This document shows, one piece after another, positions 63,904 to 64,000 of a DNA stretch of 64,000 nt. This stretch comes from Curvularia clavata (taxonomy: Eukaryota). Within the stretch, counting starts at the first letter, position 1, and each line of letters begins with the position of its first letter. Location of the stretch: contig CP089278.1 in assembly GCA_023920165.1 (NCBI GenBank), positions 2,108,001 to 2,172,000 on the forward strand, read 5' to 3'. The translations under genes and the position numbers were made by a program. The notes under the pieces were generated by a model. The model made no database searches. It saw only the letters and a program-made list of their open reading frames with translations, and had not been told where the DNA came from.

Positions 63904-64000
63904 GGCCGTTGGAGAGGATATATAGTTTTCCAGAATATTTTCTTCTTCGACGATCTTTTTGTACTGGTGATGATCCGAGACCTGAGTAGTCGGGAACGTG

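Overview
Eukaryotic, intron-rich, gene-dense DNA from a filamentous ascomycete. Short GT-AG introns with CTRAC/CTAAT branch points are seen directly; a Pleosporales/Dothideomycete origin is my inference from the proteins. I reconstructed 25 protein-coding genes by hand-splicing: IMP3, HIS7, COQ1, VMA12, VAC14, a DENND6-like protein, URA4, a DIM-2 DNA methyltransferase, a DUF3431 protein, UGGT, a 73-aa Con-6-family gene absent from the ORF track, LSM12, GND1 (12 exons), an RBM42-like RRM protein, an inositol monophosphatase, PET112/GatB, a 3-exon orphan, RPL28 (uL15), a SEC24 paralogue, APS2, a Cys/His-motif orphan, an ammonium transporter, a WW-domain protein, a GH81 glucanase and a GH128 glucanase. 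I recognised no tRNA, rRNA, transposon or CRISPR. This is mostly core-genome housekeeping sequence and I cannot support a wholly new multi-gene system. The best leads are: DIM-2 ending in the peroxisomal signal -SKL with a non-canonical catalytic loop, a consensus intron downstream of the RPL28 stop codon, a mitochondrial-presequence-like extension on the IMPase, and the hidden Con-6 gene. Family assignments come from motif recognition only; no database searches were run.
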